Shown: positions 11,971-22,572, counted from the first letter of the stretch. The stretch is 64,000 nucleotides of DNA from an uncultured Nitrososphaerales archaeon (GCA_963709405.1 CAVPXM010000050.1:1-64000), one strand, 5' to 3'. Notes: a model not told the origin generated them from the sequence alone. Translations and numbers: made by a program.

Positions 11971-12484
11971 AATTCTTGAGCCTGATTATAAACAAAAATA
12001 AAAACGGTCTTGGTTTTTCAGACATAGATAGCCAATATTTAACTAATCTTTTGCCCATTTTTTCATCCAATTTAATAGATAAATGACAGATTCTACCAAC
12101 ATCCTATCAAAGTCGAAAATTCCTAATACGGTATTTGCTGCTTGCGTCAAGCAACTTTTCTATCCGATCTTGAAAATTTCTTCATTACTATCAAATAGAT
12201 GCTGATATCTGCCTAAGCATTTTGTATCCGTCAAACATCACTATTATCGTCATATATGGTAATGAAGTTATCTCTAGCAGTCTAGTGCATTCTTCATTTT
12301 CAATGTATCCATGTTGAGATTTTGTTGAACATACCTACAGCTTGTTAACTATAGAAAATATTAATTTATTTTATTTTATCCCTGCAATATTGGGGTGGTC
12401 GTAAGACATTTCCTAAGAAAAGAGAAAGACACAGATAGATATATTGATATTCCATGATAGAATATAATTCTGGATTAGCTGGCG

Positions 12485-13519
12485 CTATCCATTTCTAAAA
12501 TGTGGAATGACGTATCTTGCGAATAAATTCAAGGATCTAATATCTGGAACATCTGCAAAGTGTATGGTAAAGTAGTTTACACCAAGTTTCACATATCTAC
12601 TTATTTCTCTTATGATACTATTAGCAGTTCCAGCGATAACTAGATCAGGGTTCTTTTTCCATACTCCACTGCCATCACTACTACTACTATTAGTACTTAG
12701 AGTATTGTCATCGTATATCTTATTTTTCAACGATGCTATCTCGTCGTCAGACTCAACAAGGAGTATGACTGTATGTAAGGCTTTGATTATATTTTCATAG
12801 TTTCTACCAACTGTATTACAACAATTTCTAAGGATGGATAGTTTGCTTAGGTATTCCTCATAACTGCAAAGCCCATAATTCCAACCATCTGCATATTTAG
12901 CTACCAACCGAAGAGTTTTCTTTCCTCCTCCACCTACCCACATAGGCGGATGTGGATTTTGAATCGGTTTTGGATTGCATTTTGCTTCTTTTATAGTATA
13001 GTGCTTGCCATTAAATGACGAAGCCTGCTCTTCGGTTAACATTTTCTTAATTATAACAAGACTTTCTTCCAACATTTCAAGCCTCGTGGAGGCATCTGGA
13101 AAAGGAAGGCCATATGATTTGATTTCCTTTTCATACCACCCCGCACTTAATCCAAACTCCACTCTACCATGAGTTATTACGTCGAGAGTGGAAACCATTT
13201 TAGCTGTAATAGAGGGACTTCTATGAAGGTTTACCAAAATAGCCCCTAATCTTATTTTCGTTGTTACTGAGCCTAGCGAAGAAAGTGTAGTCCAACACTC
13301 AAGTACAGGAGAGTCAGCAGATTTTCTTAACACTTCTCTTTCCTCTTTATATGAAAAATAAGCATTGAGCCAGGAGGAAGTAAAATTATCCTTGAGCCAT
13401 ATAGAATCAAATCCTAGTCTTTCACATTCGATGACAATACGTTGAATGTCTTTATACTCAACACCTTGTTGGTAAATATAACATCCAAATCCTATTTTGT
13501 TGATTTTTTTATTTGCCAA
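12485..13519 (-). CDS. LLM-class (luciferase-like) flavin/F420-dependent oxidoreductase
   Basis: GFDSIWLKDNF, LECWTTLSSLGSVTTKIRLG, PKPIQNPHPPMWVGGGG, VAKYADGWN. Confidence 0.92.
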   Translation of the reverse strand: MANKKINKIGFGCYIYQQGVEYKDIQRIVIECERLGFDSIWLKDNFTSSWLNAYFSYKEEREVLRKSADSPVLECWTTLSSLGSVTTKIRLGAILVNLHRSPSITAKMVSTLDVITHGRVEFGLSAGWYEKEIKSYGLPFPDASTRLEMLEESLVIIKKMLTEEQASSFNGKHYTIKEAKCNPKPIQNPHPPMWVGGGGKKTLRLVAKYADGWNYGLCSYEEYLSKLSILRNCCNTVGRNYENIIKALHTVILLVESDDEIASLKNKIYDDNTLSTNSSSSDGSGVWKKNPDLVIAGTANSIIREISRYVKLGVNYFTIHFADVPDIRSLNLFARYVIPHFRNG

Positions 13520-13621
13520 GATAATGATTCTTAATGCCGCTACTATTCCTTTTCAGTATTTCATAAAATGAAATTTCGGGAGATATTCAAAAATAATATT
13601 TTCTCTTTTTTCTTTAGATCG

Positions 13622-14035
13622 TTATCTGGGAGGTTGTTGATGGAATACTCTTGCTGGCTCTATCTTTAATATGACTCTCTTTTCGTTTGGTGAATGATAG
13701 GGATATTTATCTAGACCTAAATACTTTTTTGCAAGTTTGTCGGCATGTTCAGCTGCATATTTAGTAATCTGTTCGATAACTTTTCCTCTTATTGTAACCA
13801 TTTCGTATGGATTGCTATGATTAACAACCGAGATAGCTACCCTAGGATCTCGTGAAATGTTCTTGTGTTTAATCCTACCCTCAGCTGTATTTACTAAAAC
13901 AGTGTTTGTATCCTTTTCAAAATCTATCCATACAGGAGTGATCTGTGGTGAGCCATCTTTCATAAGTGTTGCGACAAAAGCGAAATTTTTTCCCTCAAGC
14001 AATTTAGCAATAGGACCTGATATTATCTGACTCAT
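13622..14035 (-). CDS. PPOX-class F420-dependent oxidoreductase
   Basis: FAFVATLMKDGSPQITPVW, NTAEGRIKHKNISRDPRVAISV. Confidence 0.92.
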   Translation of the reverse strand: MSQIISGPIAKLLEGKNFAFVATLMKDGSPQITPVWIDFEKDTNTVLVNTAEGRIKHKNISRDPRVAISVVNHSNPYEMVTIRGKVIEQITKYAAEHADKLAKKYLGLDKYPYHSPNEKRVILKIEPARVFHQQPPR

Positions 14036-14758
14036 ACTTCTCAAATAACAAATGCAAGGCATATTTAATAATGGTTATGTGTTTTATATGATATTGATTC
14101 TTCTCACATATTAGATCGAGTCTAATTAGGTCTAATAGGATATAGTTAATGTCAATCATTCAGCAAGAGCTAATAAACGTGATTTCAACTCTTTTCAAAA
14201 GCAAAGTACTTTACAAAAGTGCTTAAACAGATTGTAAATAGATTTATTGTAAGTCTATTTGGTATGCATGTATATCATCTCAATCATGTTTCTGTTCGCG
14301 TTATAATGGCCCCAGTGGTCATGAGTGCAATTGTTTTGATCGTGCTCTTCTATTTTAAGAAGAAAGAGTGGATTTTGTATAAGGAGCACCAGAAAATAGT
14401 AGTGGCGGTGAACACACTGCATCTGAAGAGTTATATGATTAGGCTGGCAATTAGGAATCTCCTCATTATCTAGTTATTTTGTATCAATTATTACTATAAC
14501 GAGTAAAGTAGTTACTGACTTAAAATCAAAAATTTTTGTTGTACGATGTAAAGTTGTCTACGGAACATATATTTGATGAGTTCCCTCCAGAGATTAAAAA
14601 TTTGAGATGATGCGCAACTGACGTAGGTAATATAGAAAGTAACTTATCTCTTACCTGCAATTAATAAGATAGACATAATCTAGTTGCATTATTACGGTTG
14701 ATATTGGTAGAAGTTCATGACAATTAATTTGATCTAGGCTTCGATACAAGTGAAAAAG

Positions 14759-15193
14759 CTACGGATTGTTAGTGGGTAATACGATAAATAAATAAACAAT
14801 AATGAGTACCCCTAGAAATATGAGGCTAATTGATGCTGCAAAGATATTAAAGTTGCTTGAAATATAGGATCCTTTCTCTATGCAGGAACGAGTGTTTAGA
14901 TAATTTCTTAACGCTAAGAGTATTAATGCAATTCCTAAAATTACAATAGTTATGCCTATTAATGAGGATTGATAATGTCCCAAAAGACCTACTGCAAGAC
15001 TATTATTGGCATTTTTTACAACTAGTGCAAATTCTCGCAAGAACAAGCCAAATCGAGCGACAATAAAGCCTAGTCCTATAAGTGCAATAGATGTCCTTAG
15101 CCATGACAGGAAAGTGCGCTCATTGGCTAGATGTTGTTGGGAATGATCAGTGGATTCTTTATCTGCACACAAATAATTATCTTTGTAATTCAT
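14759..15193 (-). CDS. DUF202 / YidH membrane protein
   Basis: HLANERTFLSWLRTSIALIGLGF. Confidence 0.92.
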   Translation of the reverse strand: MNYKDNYLCADKESTDHSQQHLANERTFLSWLRTSIALIGLGFIVARFGLFLREFALVVKNANNSLAVGLLGHYQSSLIGITIVILGIALILLALRNYLNTRSCIEKGSYISSNFNIFAASISLIFLGVLIIVYLFIVLPTNNP

Positions 15194-15374
15194 GAGTTAT
15201 ATATGCACCGTTCATTTAATGATAGAGACATATAACAAAATGTAATTCTTTGCGGCAATGACTTGACCTAAGATGTTGCAGATCCAGACCTTAGCATAAG
15301 AAAAAAGGAGAAACATCCCTGCCAACAACACCAACAACAACAACAGCTGTAGCTAATCATGCATATTAATTTCA

Positions 15375-15575
15375 ACGATCGTTACCATGGTGATAACAGC
15401 AGCAGTAATGGAGATTCTATAAGTAGTTAGTTTCTCTGCGCCAGTACTAGCACATCATTACTGCGACTTTCGCCATCACAGGGGTGAACATCATCTTAGG
15501 CATGGGCATGGACATCTTGTATACGCTAGTCCTCTTAGTCATCACGAATCTGAGATCTACAATATATATCGGTAA
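15375..15575 (+). pseudogene. Secreted His-rich peptide, disrupted
   Basis: Manual translation TIVTMVITAAVMEIL*VVSFSAPVLAHHYCDFRHHRGEHHLRHGHGH...; homologous to 44330-44539. Confidence 0.6.
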
Positions 15576-15664
15576 AACTACAATATCTGACCTGACCTCG
15601 GGTATGCAGATTATTCCGAGTATTTTACAGGACATTCCACTTCTACATATGAGCGTAAAAAGGA

Positions 15665-16054
15665 CTAGAGAGAACCGAGAAATCCTTCAAATAAGCATAT
15701 CCAAAGAGAGAAAGAAACATTCTTTGTTGCACAACGTTTTATATCAAACCTTGTGAAAAGATATGGAGAACAACCATCCTGTTACAACAGATGGAGGTAC
15801 ATTGTATCCACCACAGGCATGTAAATTCTTAAAAATAAAGCACCATCTTCATCGTTCTGAATTTGAGAAAAGCATAATTAAGAGAGAGAACGATACAATA
15901 ATGTGTCAAGAATAGAACGAAAAGTTTCTATGATTATTTTCCTTGTACAAGAATTAACTGCAAACTGGAGCACATAATGAAGTGGTTGATTTTATTTGTA
16001 GATATGCACAACAGAGAGATCAATAAAACGAAAGATCGTTAAGTGAACAAAGCC
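15665..16054 (+). mobile_element. IS6-family transposase remnant with right inverted repeat
   Basis: Frameshifted ENREILQISISKER..FVAQRFISNLVKRYGE..TDGGT.YPPQACKFLKIKHHLH..FEKSII..YFPC..CKLEHIMKWLILFVDMHN; ends GTTAAGTGAACAAAGCC. Confidence 0.8.
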
Positions 16055-16277
16055 TGCTTGAATATGATCATTGCTATATCTTACTTTGGAAATAATTATA
16101 GTCATGATTCTTCACTCCTATCGTAGTGTCATCAAACCACTGAAATGATTGATTCACTTTAACAAAATTTTAACCATAGGTCAAGTCTGATTGGTCTTTC
16201 TGTAGTCGAATAAATGAAGATAGTGCTCTGGTTAATATTTTTAATAAATATAAAAGTTTGCTGCATTTGTTTTCTGT

Positions 16278-17321
16278 CTAGTTAAGTACTCTCTGAGGTA
16301 ATACAAATGTATCAGAGATGGGGTTTGATAATATTCTATCGTCCTTGCCAACTATTGATATTTGTATAGAGTATGGTGAATTTTGTACTAGTACTGGTCC
16401 ACGTATATGAAATGTTCCTGTACTATAGACTGCTTCTTGACCAATGAAATCAGGCCCCCATGTAGTAAACGGATGTACTGTTGCATTGTCTGTGTAAGGC
16501 AATGAGGCTACGGTTTGTGAGGAAGAGGAGGAGGATGACGATGATGATAACTTGTGTACAGGAACAAGCTCTAAATCGAGTATACCATCACTATCATCGT
16601 AGCTGTGGCTATATATAGGCTTACCAGTTGAATTCAAGAGTTTGACGTTATAAGTGATAGCAACTGTGGGAGGATAGCTGACCGTCTTGGGTACAAACGA
16701 AAATACAATACTTTGTGCTTTATTGGGATTGAACGGCATACTGTTGATTCCACCTATATGCATGTTAAAGTTCTTACCGGTTTCAATAGCAGAACCTACA
16801 CTAATTAATCCACGTGCAGAAGGATTGAATTGGTCAAAGTATACATATTTTCCAGGATGATTAAATGTATGTATGAAAGATCCTCCATCTTGAACTATAG
16901 GTCCTGAATCAATTGTCTCTGGAGGAGAGTATGTATTATTTGTTAATGTAGTGACACTATGTTCACCATTGTCATTGTTGAACCAAATGACTGTCATTCC
17001 AACTGGTATTGAAATCTCTGGAGGAACGAATGCGGCTTTTCCAGTTGAAGTAAACGGAATACTGATTTCATATGACGGTTGATCTCTTATTGTATAAAAT
17101 ATAGGTGGAGGAAAATTAGTACCAGCAAGAGTCTGAGCTTGTACCACTCCAATATACGACGTAAGAGGAGAGGAGGACATTATTGTGGCAATGGATATAA
17201 AAAGACCCATTATTGTAGCAGTTGATTTTACTTTTTGTGTATTTCTTCTTGCAAATATGTTTCTTAGTCGTAGAAATGCTGTGCTATTATTGCTATCTTT
17301 TGTTACTCCCTTTAAGGCCAT
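16278..17321 (-). CDS. Exported cupredoxin-fold protein
   Basis: AFVPPEISIPVGMTVIWFNNDNGEHSVT...SFIHTFNHPGKYVYF plastocyanin-like pattern after an N-terminal hydrophobic segment. Confidence 0.8.
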   Translation of the reverse strand: MALKGVTKDSNNSTAFLRLRNIFARRNTQKVKSTATIMGLFISIATIMSSSPLTSYIGVVQAQTLAGTNFPPPIFYTIRDQPSYEISIPFTSTGKAAFVPPEISIPVGMTVIWFNNDNGEHSVTTLTNNTYSPPETIDSGPIVQDGGSFIHTFNHPGKYVYFDQFNPSARGLISVGSAIETGKNFNMHIGGINSMPFNPNKAQSIVFSFVPKTVSYPPTVAITYNVKLLNSTGKPIYSHSYDDSDGILDLELVPVHKLSSSSSSSSSSQTVASLPYTDNATVHPFTTWGPDFIGQEAVYSTGTFHIRGPVLVQNSPYSIQISIVGKDDRILSNPISDTFVLPQRVLN

Positions 17322-17599
17322 ATATATTTAAATTGGTTATATCTTTTTATAAAGGATTATTGAACTATGTCAATTGACTGTGTTATCCCATTTGGTATAT
17401 GTTCGTCGAATGTACTATAAATAATATTTGATGCTCGACACTTCCAATATGCGAGGTGAAATAATAGTAATAGTAATAAAATACATGTCCAACTTGCTTC
17501 AATCAATCCAAGTATCTTTGGACTGAAATTCTATATATTGTGGTTGTGATGGAGGTTTTAGTTGGATATGTTATAGAAAGGAAGCTAGCTGAAAGTATT

Positions 17600-17680
17600 A
17601 CATTGCAGAATATTGATAAGAGATTTAGTTATGTTTTAGAAGTTAGAGACAGCTCGTTGTTTCAAGACCTAGCGTACAGG
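17600..17680 (+). pseudogene. Short DUF72 fragment
   Basis: IDKRFSYVLEVRDSSLFQDLAY matches LDKRFRYAVEVRDSSWFQDLAY in 24840..25169. Confidence 0.7.
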
Positions 17681-17701
17681 TACGGTAGTCATATGCTATT
17701 A

Positions 17702-18022
17702 CTAGATCACATCCATTTTGTGAATGTGTGTGGAGTCAAACTTACTTTTGTTAGAAAATGATTTACCGGTATTAAATGCAAAGTAGCAGGAATGACACAT
17801 CTCTTTTCCGTATATCACGCCATTCTTACCACACTTGCTGCATACACTTTCATAATCAATCGTTGAATCCAAGGATTTAGCTTTCTGGAGACATTTACCA
17901 CATATGGGTGCCTCTAGGTTATAGCTAGAAAGAAAACCAGATCCACATTGAAAGCACTTCAAGCTATACATATTCCCTCTTGGTTTCCATCGTCTAAACA
18001 CGTTAATCATCTTACTACCCAA
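17702..18022 (-). CDS. Multi-CxxC zinc-finger protein
   Basis: CFQC, CGKC, CSKC, CHSC. Confidence 0.6.
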   Translation of the reverse strand: MGSKMINVFRRWKPRGNMYSLKCFQCGSGFLSSYNLEAPICGKCLQKAKSLDSTIDYESVCSKCGKNGVIYGKEMCHSCYFAFNTGKSFSNKSKFDSTHIHKMDVI

Positions 18023-18353
18023 CCCTTCTCATCTTTGAGCCACATTTAGGACATGCAGACTGTTTGTGCTCAGTTCCGCAGCTCATACAACAGTATTTCA
18101 ATGAATCATCTCCAAACATGGGTGACGCAGAGGACAATGATCCAAATATTCTAGCTGCTCCGCCCCCAATTCCCATTCTATGTATCATCCTTTTTCTCAT
18201 ATAAAGATTGAGCAAAACGAATACCACTATTATTGTTACCAACGATATAGGAAATGGTATAAACATAGAAATCGTAATACTTATACCTAATGATATTCCT
18301 AACCACATAAGTTGATTAAAGAGAAATTGTTTGTCATTGTTATTAATATTCAT
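18015..18353 (-). CDS. Membrane protein with C-terminal zinc ribbon
   Basis: Two TM helices; CMSCG...CPKCGSK. Confidence 0.75.
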   Translation of the reverse strand: MNINNNDKQFLFNQLMWLGISLGISITISMFIPFPISLVTIIVVFVLLNLYMRKRMIHRMGIGGGAARIFGSLSSASPMFGDDSLKYCCMSCGTEHKQSACPKCGSKMRRVG

Positions 18354-18511
18354 ACTTTATTTACCTTTATCACATTATCTTGTTATTAGGCGTATAAATA
18401 TAAAGAACTTGAGTAACTTAGTTACGTCCCAAAGTTATCTTTAGATCCGATAAATATATCTGAAGTATATTGTGGAAGTATTATAAAAGGAAACTGGATA
18501 ATGGTTTGAGG

Positions 18512-18651
18512 TGCTTTGTTGCACGAATCCGATATTAGTCAACTAACTTTGAAACATTCAGCTAAAAAGGAGTAATCCGCATTTGGCCTATTCCTGAGAA
18601 GTACTAAAAGCATTGCAAGATGACGATCTTTCTGAATTATGCAACAAAGCA
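18512..18651 (+). mobile_element. MITE copy 3 (140 bp)
   Basis: Perfect 12-bp TIRs; perfect 8-bp TSD GTTTGAGG at 18504-18511 and 18652-18659. Confidence 0.96.
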
Positions 18652-19959
18652 GTTTGAGGTATAAATTATTATGCAGAAGACTTGCAAAAGGTATCACATT
18701 GTCGAATATAATTGCCAATGTTCCACATTGTAGTCACAAGGCTTAATTGGTATAGATTGATTGAAGGAATTGGTACAGAATAAGCTTAATCTGAGAGAAT
18801 GTATAACAATTTATTGACATTCTGATATTGCTTGTGATATTATATACATTAAGACGGCATTTTATGCTATACCTGTACATAAATCCGAATATACTCACGA
18901 ATGCTTTGACCGTTACCTAATCCTGCTAGAAGATACACTAACCAATCAGAAATGGCACCAAGTTTTTACAGCTATGCATTTACGTGAATATATAAAGATG
19001 GTTATGATGTTTGTTCAGGTAATTCAAACGCTCGCTCAAATGGTGGTGGTATCTTCTTTTAGTAGACATAAAGACCAATTTGGTATTTCGACGAAGTTTG
19101 ACTCTCGTTAGGTCTTGTGAGAGCAGTGCGCTGTCTGCTTTCATAGATAAATCCATTTTCACTCAAGATGATGGGACTGGATCCCTTACGGCAGTCTTGT
19201 TCATATTATGTTGACCATACTATGCCTAGATAAGACATACATACATGCTGGCCGTTGGGGTTCAGCCTCCTATCTAGACACTTGTGGAGTTGGAGTCGAG
19301 CGGCTTTTTTATAAATTGCAGATTAGCCTTAGAACCGCATTTCTTAGGTTCGCGAGTTTGCACTGGTTTTATTTTAGTAATCTACATAAAAATCAGTTTA
19401 TTCTTTTAAGTTAAGATTTGAAGTGGCCGCTGGAGCATGCGACCAAGTACCACCACCACGTAGAAACCTTGATCACAATGTACCAACGGCCAAAATACTA
19501 TTGCGATAAACATGTTATTTATCTAGATTTAACTATGTTATCTAATGTATGATAGCAAAACTGTTTATGTAATATTGACTGTCAATCATGCGGTCGATCG
19601 TTAAATCTAATTCAGTCGATATGTCATAGGTAGGTAGGAATAATCCCCTAAGACGACTGAATTCTACAACGGTCTCCTACATGATTTAGATAAGTAATTG
19701 TTATAATAAAGCATCTTGATCGGTTTAAATTGTTACATTGAAAAACGGTTAAGGTTAAGATTTGCAAATTTGTGCTTTTACGGTTTCTACTAGTTCTGGG
19801 GACATGATCTTTTGACCAGATCCCTCCTTAAATGTATTCGAAAGACTTATGGTATTATTGCTTCTGTAAAAGGGTTAAGTTTCATCGCCTGCCTGGTGGA
19901 ATTCATTCGCACATGGAGAGAGTGATGATGCTGAAATTGATGGTAGGATGAGGTTGAAT

Positions 19960-20225
19960 GAGGCCTGAGTGATTTTTGATAATTCGTTTCTTATCTTGGT
20001 AGATGTTTCTTCCGACACTTCTGCAGGTTTACCACTTCTATGCTTATTCTTTAGTCCTTCCAAACTAGCATTATCAGATCTCTTGAGCTATTTGTAAGCC
20101 CACCATCTAGATCTATAGATTTCCTTTTCAGCTACACTCGATGCCTCTTTCTTATCTTCTCTAACAAGCCTTACTAGTAGAATTCTTTCCCTTATGTCAA
20201 GTCTTTTTCATTTCTATAGACTTTG
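19960..20225 (-). mobile_element. IS630-family transposase N-terminal (HTH) remnant
   Basis: IRERILLVRLVREDKKEASSVAEKEIYRSRWWAYK*LKR..LEGLKNKHRSGKP, with stops. Confidence 0.7.
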
Positions 20226-20226
20226 C

Positions 20227-20505
20227 TCAAAGCTTCAGTCGCCAACAGATTAGGTACACAATGCCCTCAAGCGTGGTTCTTATATGGCTAAGTCTTGGAT
20301 TGATTTCTCTTTTCATTACTATGATATTTTCTGATATTGTCAATGTATTTTCTTTTGATAATCTGGTTCTGTCTTTTAGGGGACCCTCACAAAACTTTCT
20401 TGTAAAACCCTCAGTTGCTAAGTTAATTTTTCTTTCGACTATTTCAATTTCTAGTACTGATGTTTTTGCCCTTGTTGTTCCTGGTGTTACCGACTTTAGG
20501 TTCAC
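20227..20505 (-). pseudogene. N-terminal fragment of a Nitrososphaera-type tyrosine recombinase/integrase
   Basis: ERKINLATEGFTRKFCE..LKDRTRLSKENTLTISENIIVMKREINPRLS resembles, from memory, the N-terminus of thaumarchaeal integrases; no catalytic domain present. Confidence 0.55.
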
Positions 20506-20594
20506 ATCTATTGTCTTTGGATTTGGAAGGCTCCTATAGACATCATTCTGTAATCTCGATATGCTAATAATACTTTCTATGAGACAGTATTACC

Positions 20595-21194
20595 TTAACA
20601 TATTATTTTCCGAAAAGTTAAATTTATTCTCGGCGTTACAATTTTTTTTACCTTCGGTAAGCTGTGTAACCAATGCATTTGAGTTTCATCTTTCATTACA
20701 AGCAAACTTCCATGTTCAAGCACAATCGAAATCGTTTGTTTAGTCTTCTTATGCTTAAGTGAAAATTTTCTCTCTGCTCCAAAACTCAAAGAAGCAATAG
20801 TAGCATTCCTTTCTAATGCTTTTTCATCATCGCTATGCCAGGCCATACCTTCGTTACCATCATGATATAAGTTTAGTAGACAAGAATTGAATTTTGTTCC
20901 TGTTATCTTTTCAACCAATTGTTTAAGGCCTCTAAGTTCGTTAGTCCATGGTAACGCTTGCTTTGTTGTGTTTGAATATGTATACAGATAATCTGAGTCG
21001 CCATACCATGCGGCTTTTCTTTTGGTAATGATGTGCTTTCCTAGAATTACTGCTTCATCGTTTTTCCATACTATATTTTGTAGTAATATGTCAAAATATA
21101 GATCAGATTCTTTATGTGCTATTATCTTTCCATAGTAGTCTGCTCTACCATCTTTATTTAAGACATGAATTATTTTATCATTAAATAGATTCAT
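20595..21194 (-). CDS. alkB: AlkB-family 2OG-Fe(II) dioxygenase (AlkB2/3-like)
   Basis: RKAAWYGD..YTYS, FNSCLLNLYHDGNEGMAWHSDDE, HWLHSLPK, RINLTFR. Confidence 0.92.
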   Translation of the reverse strand: MNLFNDKIIHVLNKDGRADYYGKIIAHKESDLYFDILLQNIVWKNDEAVILGKHIITKRKAAWYGDSDYLYTYSNTTKQALPWTNELRGLKQLVEKITGTKFNSCLLNLYHDGNEGMAWHSDDEKALERNATIASLSFGAERKFSLKHKKTKQTISIVLEHGSLLVMKDETQMHWLHSLPKVKKIVTPRINLTFRKIIC

Positions 21195-21216
21195 CTATTT
21201 TTCATTCATTTCCTAT

Positions 21217-21435
21217 ATTCTTTACGTATGCTGACCACAAGGTCAATAACCACGATATAGAGCTTCATATTCTGATTGGAAGAATACACCTTCTTTTTTC
21301 ATCCTTTTTCCTGAGCTGCACTTTAGTTTACCATAAATCTTAAGATTCAAGCTTTCACCGAGGCAAATCCCCAGCTTATTCTTATCATTTCCTTAACTTT
21401 TATACTGCTAACCTCTTCATGTTTTAACATTATGT
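21217..21435 (-). pseudogene. Ada-like metal-binding domain protein, disrupted
   Basis: Manual translation LKIYGKLKCSSGKRMKKEGVFFQSEYEALYRGY*PCGQH; the stop replaces R of the GYRPC motif. Confidence 0.75.
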
Positions 21436-21437
21436 GG

Positions 21438-22163
21438 TTAATTGGCGTAGTCTAAGGCGTCATGAAAAATAATTCCAAGGGTGTATCTTTTTCCATCATG
21501 TACTTCGCTAACTCCATGTCTCATTTGAGCTTGATAGTATCCTCTGGACCCCTTTATTGGTCTGAAATTTGTAGTAATTATTAGCATGTCTCCCTTACGA
21601 GGTCTTAAGACAATAACTTTTGATTGTGCTCTTGGAATTTGTTGTGTTAATACAAATTCTCCACCGATATATTCCTCCTCAGGCTCATTTAAGAATATAA
21701 CTAGTTGAAGTGGAAAAAAAATCTCTCCATACAAATCCTGATGTAGTGTATTATATCCTCCTTTACCATATTTTAAAATAAGAACTGTAGGTTTAGTTTG
21801 ATTATTATCATAACAAAGTCTTTGAAGTTCTTCAAATTCCTCTGGAAAGTGCCTTTTAAGATTTAATGCCTCCATCCAAGAATTTGCAATAGGCACGATT
21901 TTTGGATAAACTGTTGTTCTAATTGTCTGAATTAGATCTGGCAAAGGGTATTTGAAATACTTGTATTCGCCGAGTCCAAACCGATATCTTTCCATAGTAA
22001 TAATCTTACGGTAAAAATCTGGTTCGTCATATTCATCGATAAGTTCTTTACACGTATAAGCAGACAAGAATTTGGATATTAGAGAATATCCCTTTTCGTT
22101 CAATTCTTCCCTTACTTTTTGCCAATCTACATCGGAAATCCTTTCATCTATATTTTTATTCAT
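21438..22163 (-). CDS. 2OG-Fe(II) oxygenase (DUF2086 type)
   Basis: MERYRFGLGEYKYF, YNTLHQDLYGEIFFPLQ, GGEFVLTQQIPRAQS, MRHGVS..RYTLGIIFHDA. Confidence 0.9.
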   Translation of the reverse strand: MNKNIDERISDVDWQKVREELNEKGYSLISKFLSAYTCKELIDEYDEPDFYRKIITMERYRFGLGEYKYFKYPLPDLIQTIRTTVYPKIVPIANSWMEALNLKRHFPEEFEELQRLCYDNNQTKPTVLILKYGKGGYNTLHQDLYGEIFFPLQLVIFLNEPEEEYIGGEFVLTQQIPRAQSKVIVLRPRKGDMLIITTNFRPIKGSRGYYQAQMRHGVSEVHDGKRYTLGIIFHDALDYAN

Positions 22164-22176
22164 ATTAATTAGTCTT

Positions 22177-22572
22177 TCACATATTTGTCGTACCGTTAGG
22201 ATAGAATCTTACATTTTTAAAGTCCATAATGGTTGTTCCATTGCTAAAGGTTATGCCTTCTTTTTCGAGTAATTCTCTTTTTCTATTTATCCCATACTTG
22301 TAACCGCCTAATCTTCCATCAGATTTTACAACACGATGACATGGTACTTTGATTGGATTAGGATTTCTGCCCAATATTCGTCCTATCAGCCTTGAGGCAG
22401 AAGGATTTCCAAGTGCTTTTGCAAGATCTCCGTATGAGGAAGTCTTTCCTTCAGGTATTTGTAATAGTAAGTCATAAACATCTTCATCTTTTATTGCCTT
22501 GTTAATAGGATTCTTGTTATCATAATTCGTCCTTCCATTTTTCTGGTATTTATTCATATTATGTGATAGCAT
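22177..22572 (-). CDS. ogt: O6-methylguanine-DNA methyltransferase (MGMT domain)
   Basis: IPEGKTSSYGDLAKALGNP..SRLIGRILGRNP..VPCHRVV. Confidence 0.9.
   Translation of the reverse strand: MLSHNMNKYQKNGRTNYDNKNPINKAIKDEDVYDLLLQIPEGKTSSYGDLAKALGNPSASRLIGRILGRNPNPIKVPCHRVVKSDGRLGGYKYGINRKRELLEKEGITFSNGTTIMDFKNVRFYPNGTTNM

Noticed and set aside
15721-15732. TCTTTGTTGCAC resembles the MITE TIR
   Set aside because: It lies inside the IS6 transposase coding remnant (FVAQR), with no MITE body or partner TIR.
2079-18651. Repeated 140-bp unit as a CRISPR array or ncRNA gene family
   Set aside because: Copies are kilobases apart in both orientations with TIRs and TSDs; there is no repeat-spacer periodicity and no cas genes.
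18980-19500. Short ORFs and GC-richer stretches in this spacer
   Set aside because: No recognisable protein motif or consistent RNA structure found by eye.
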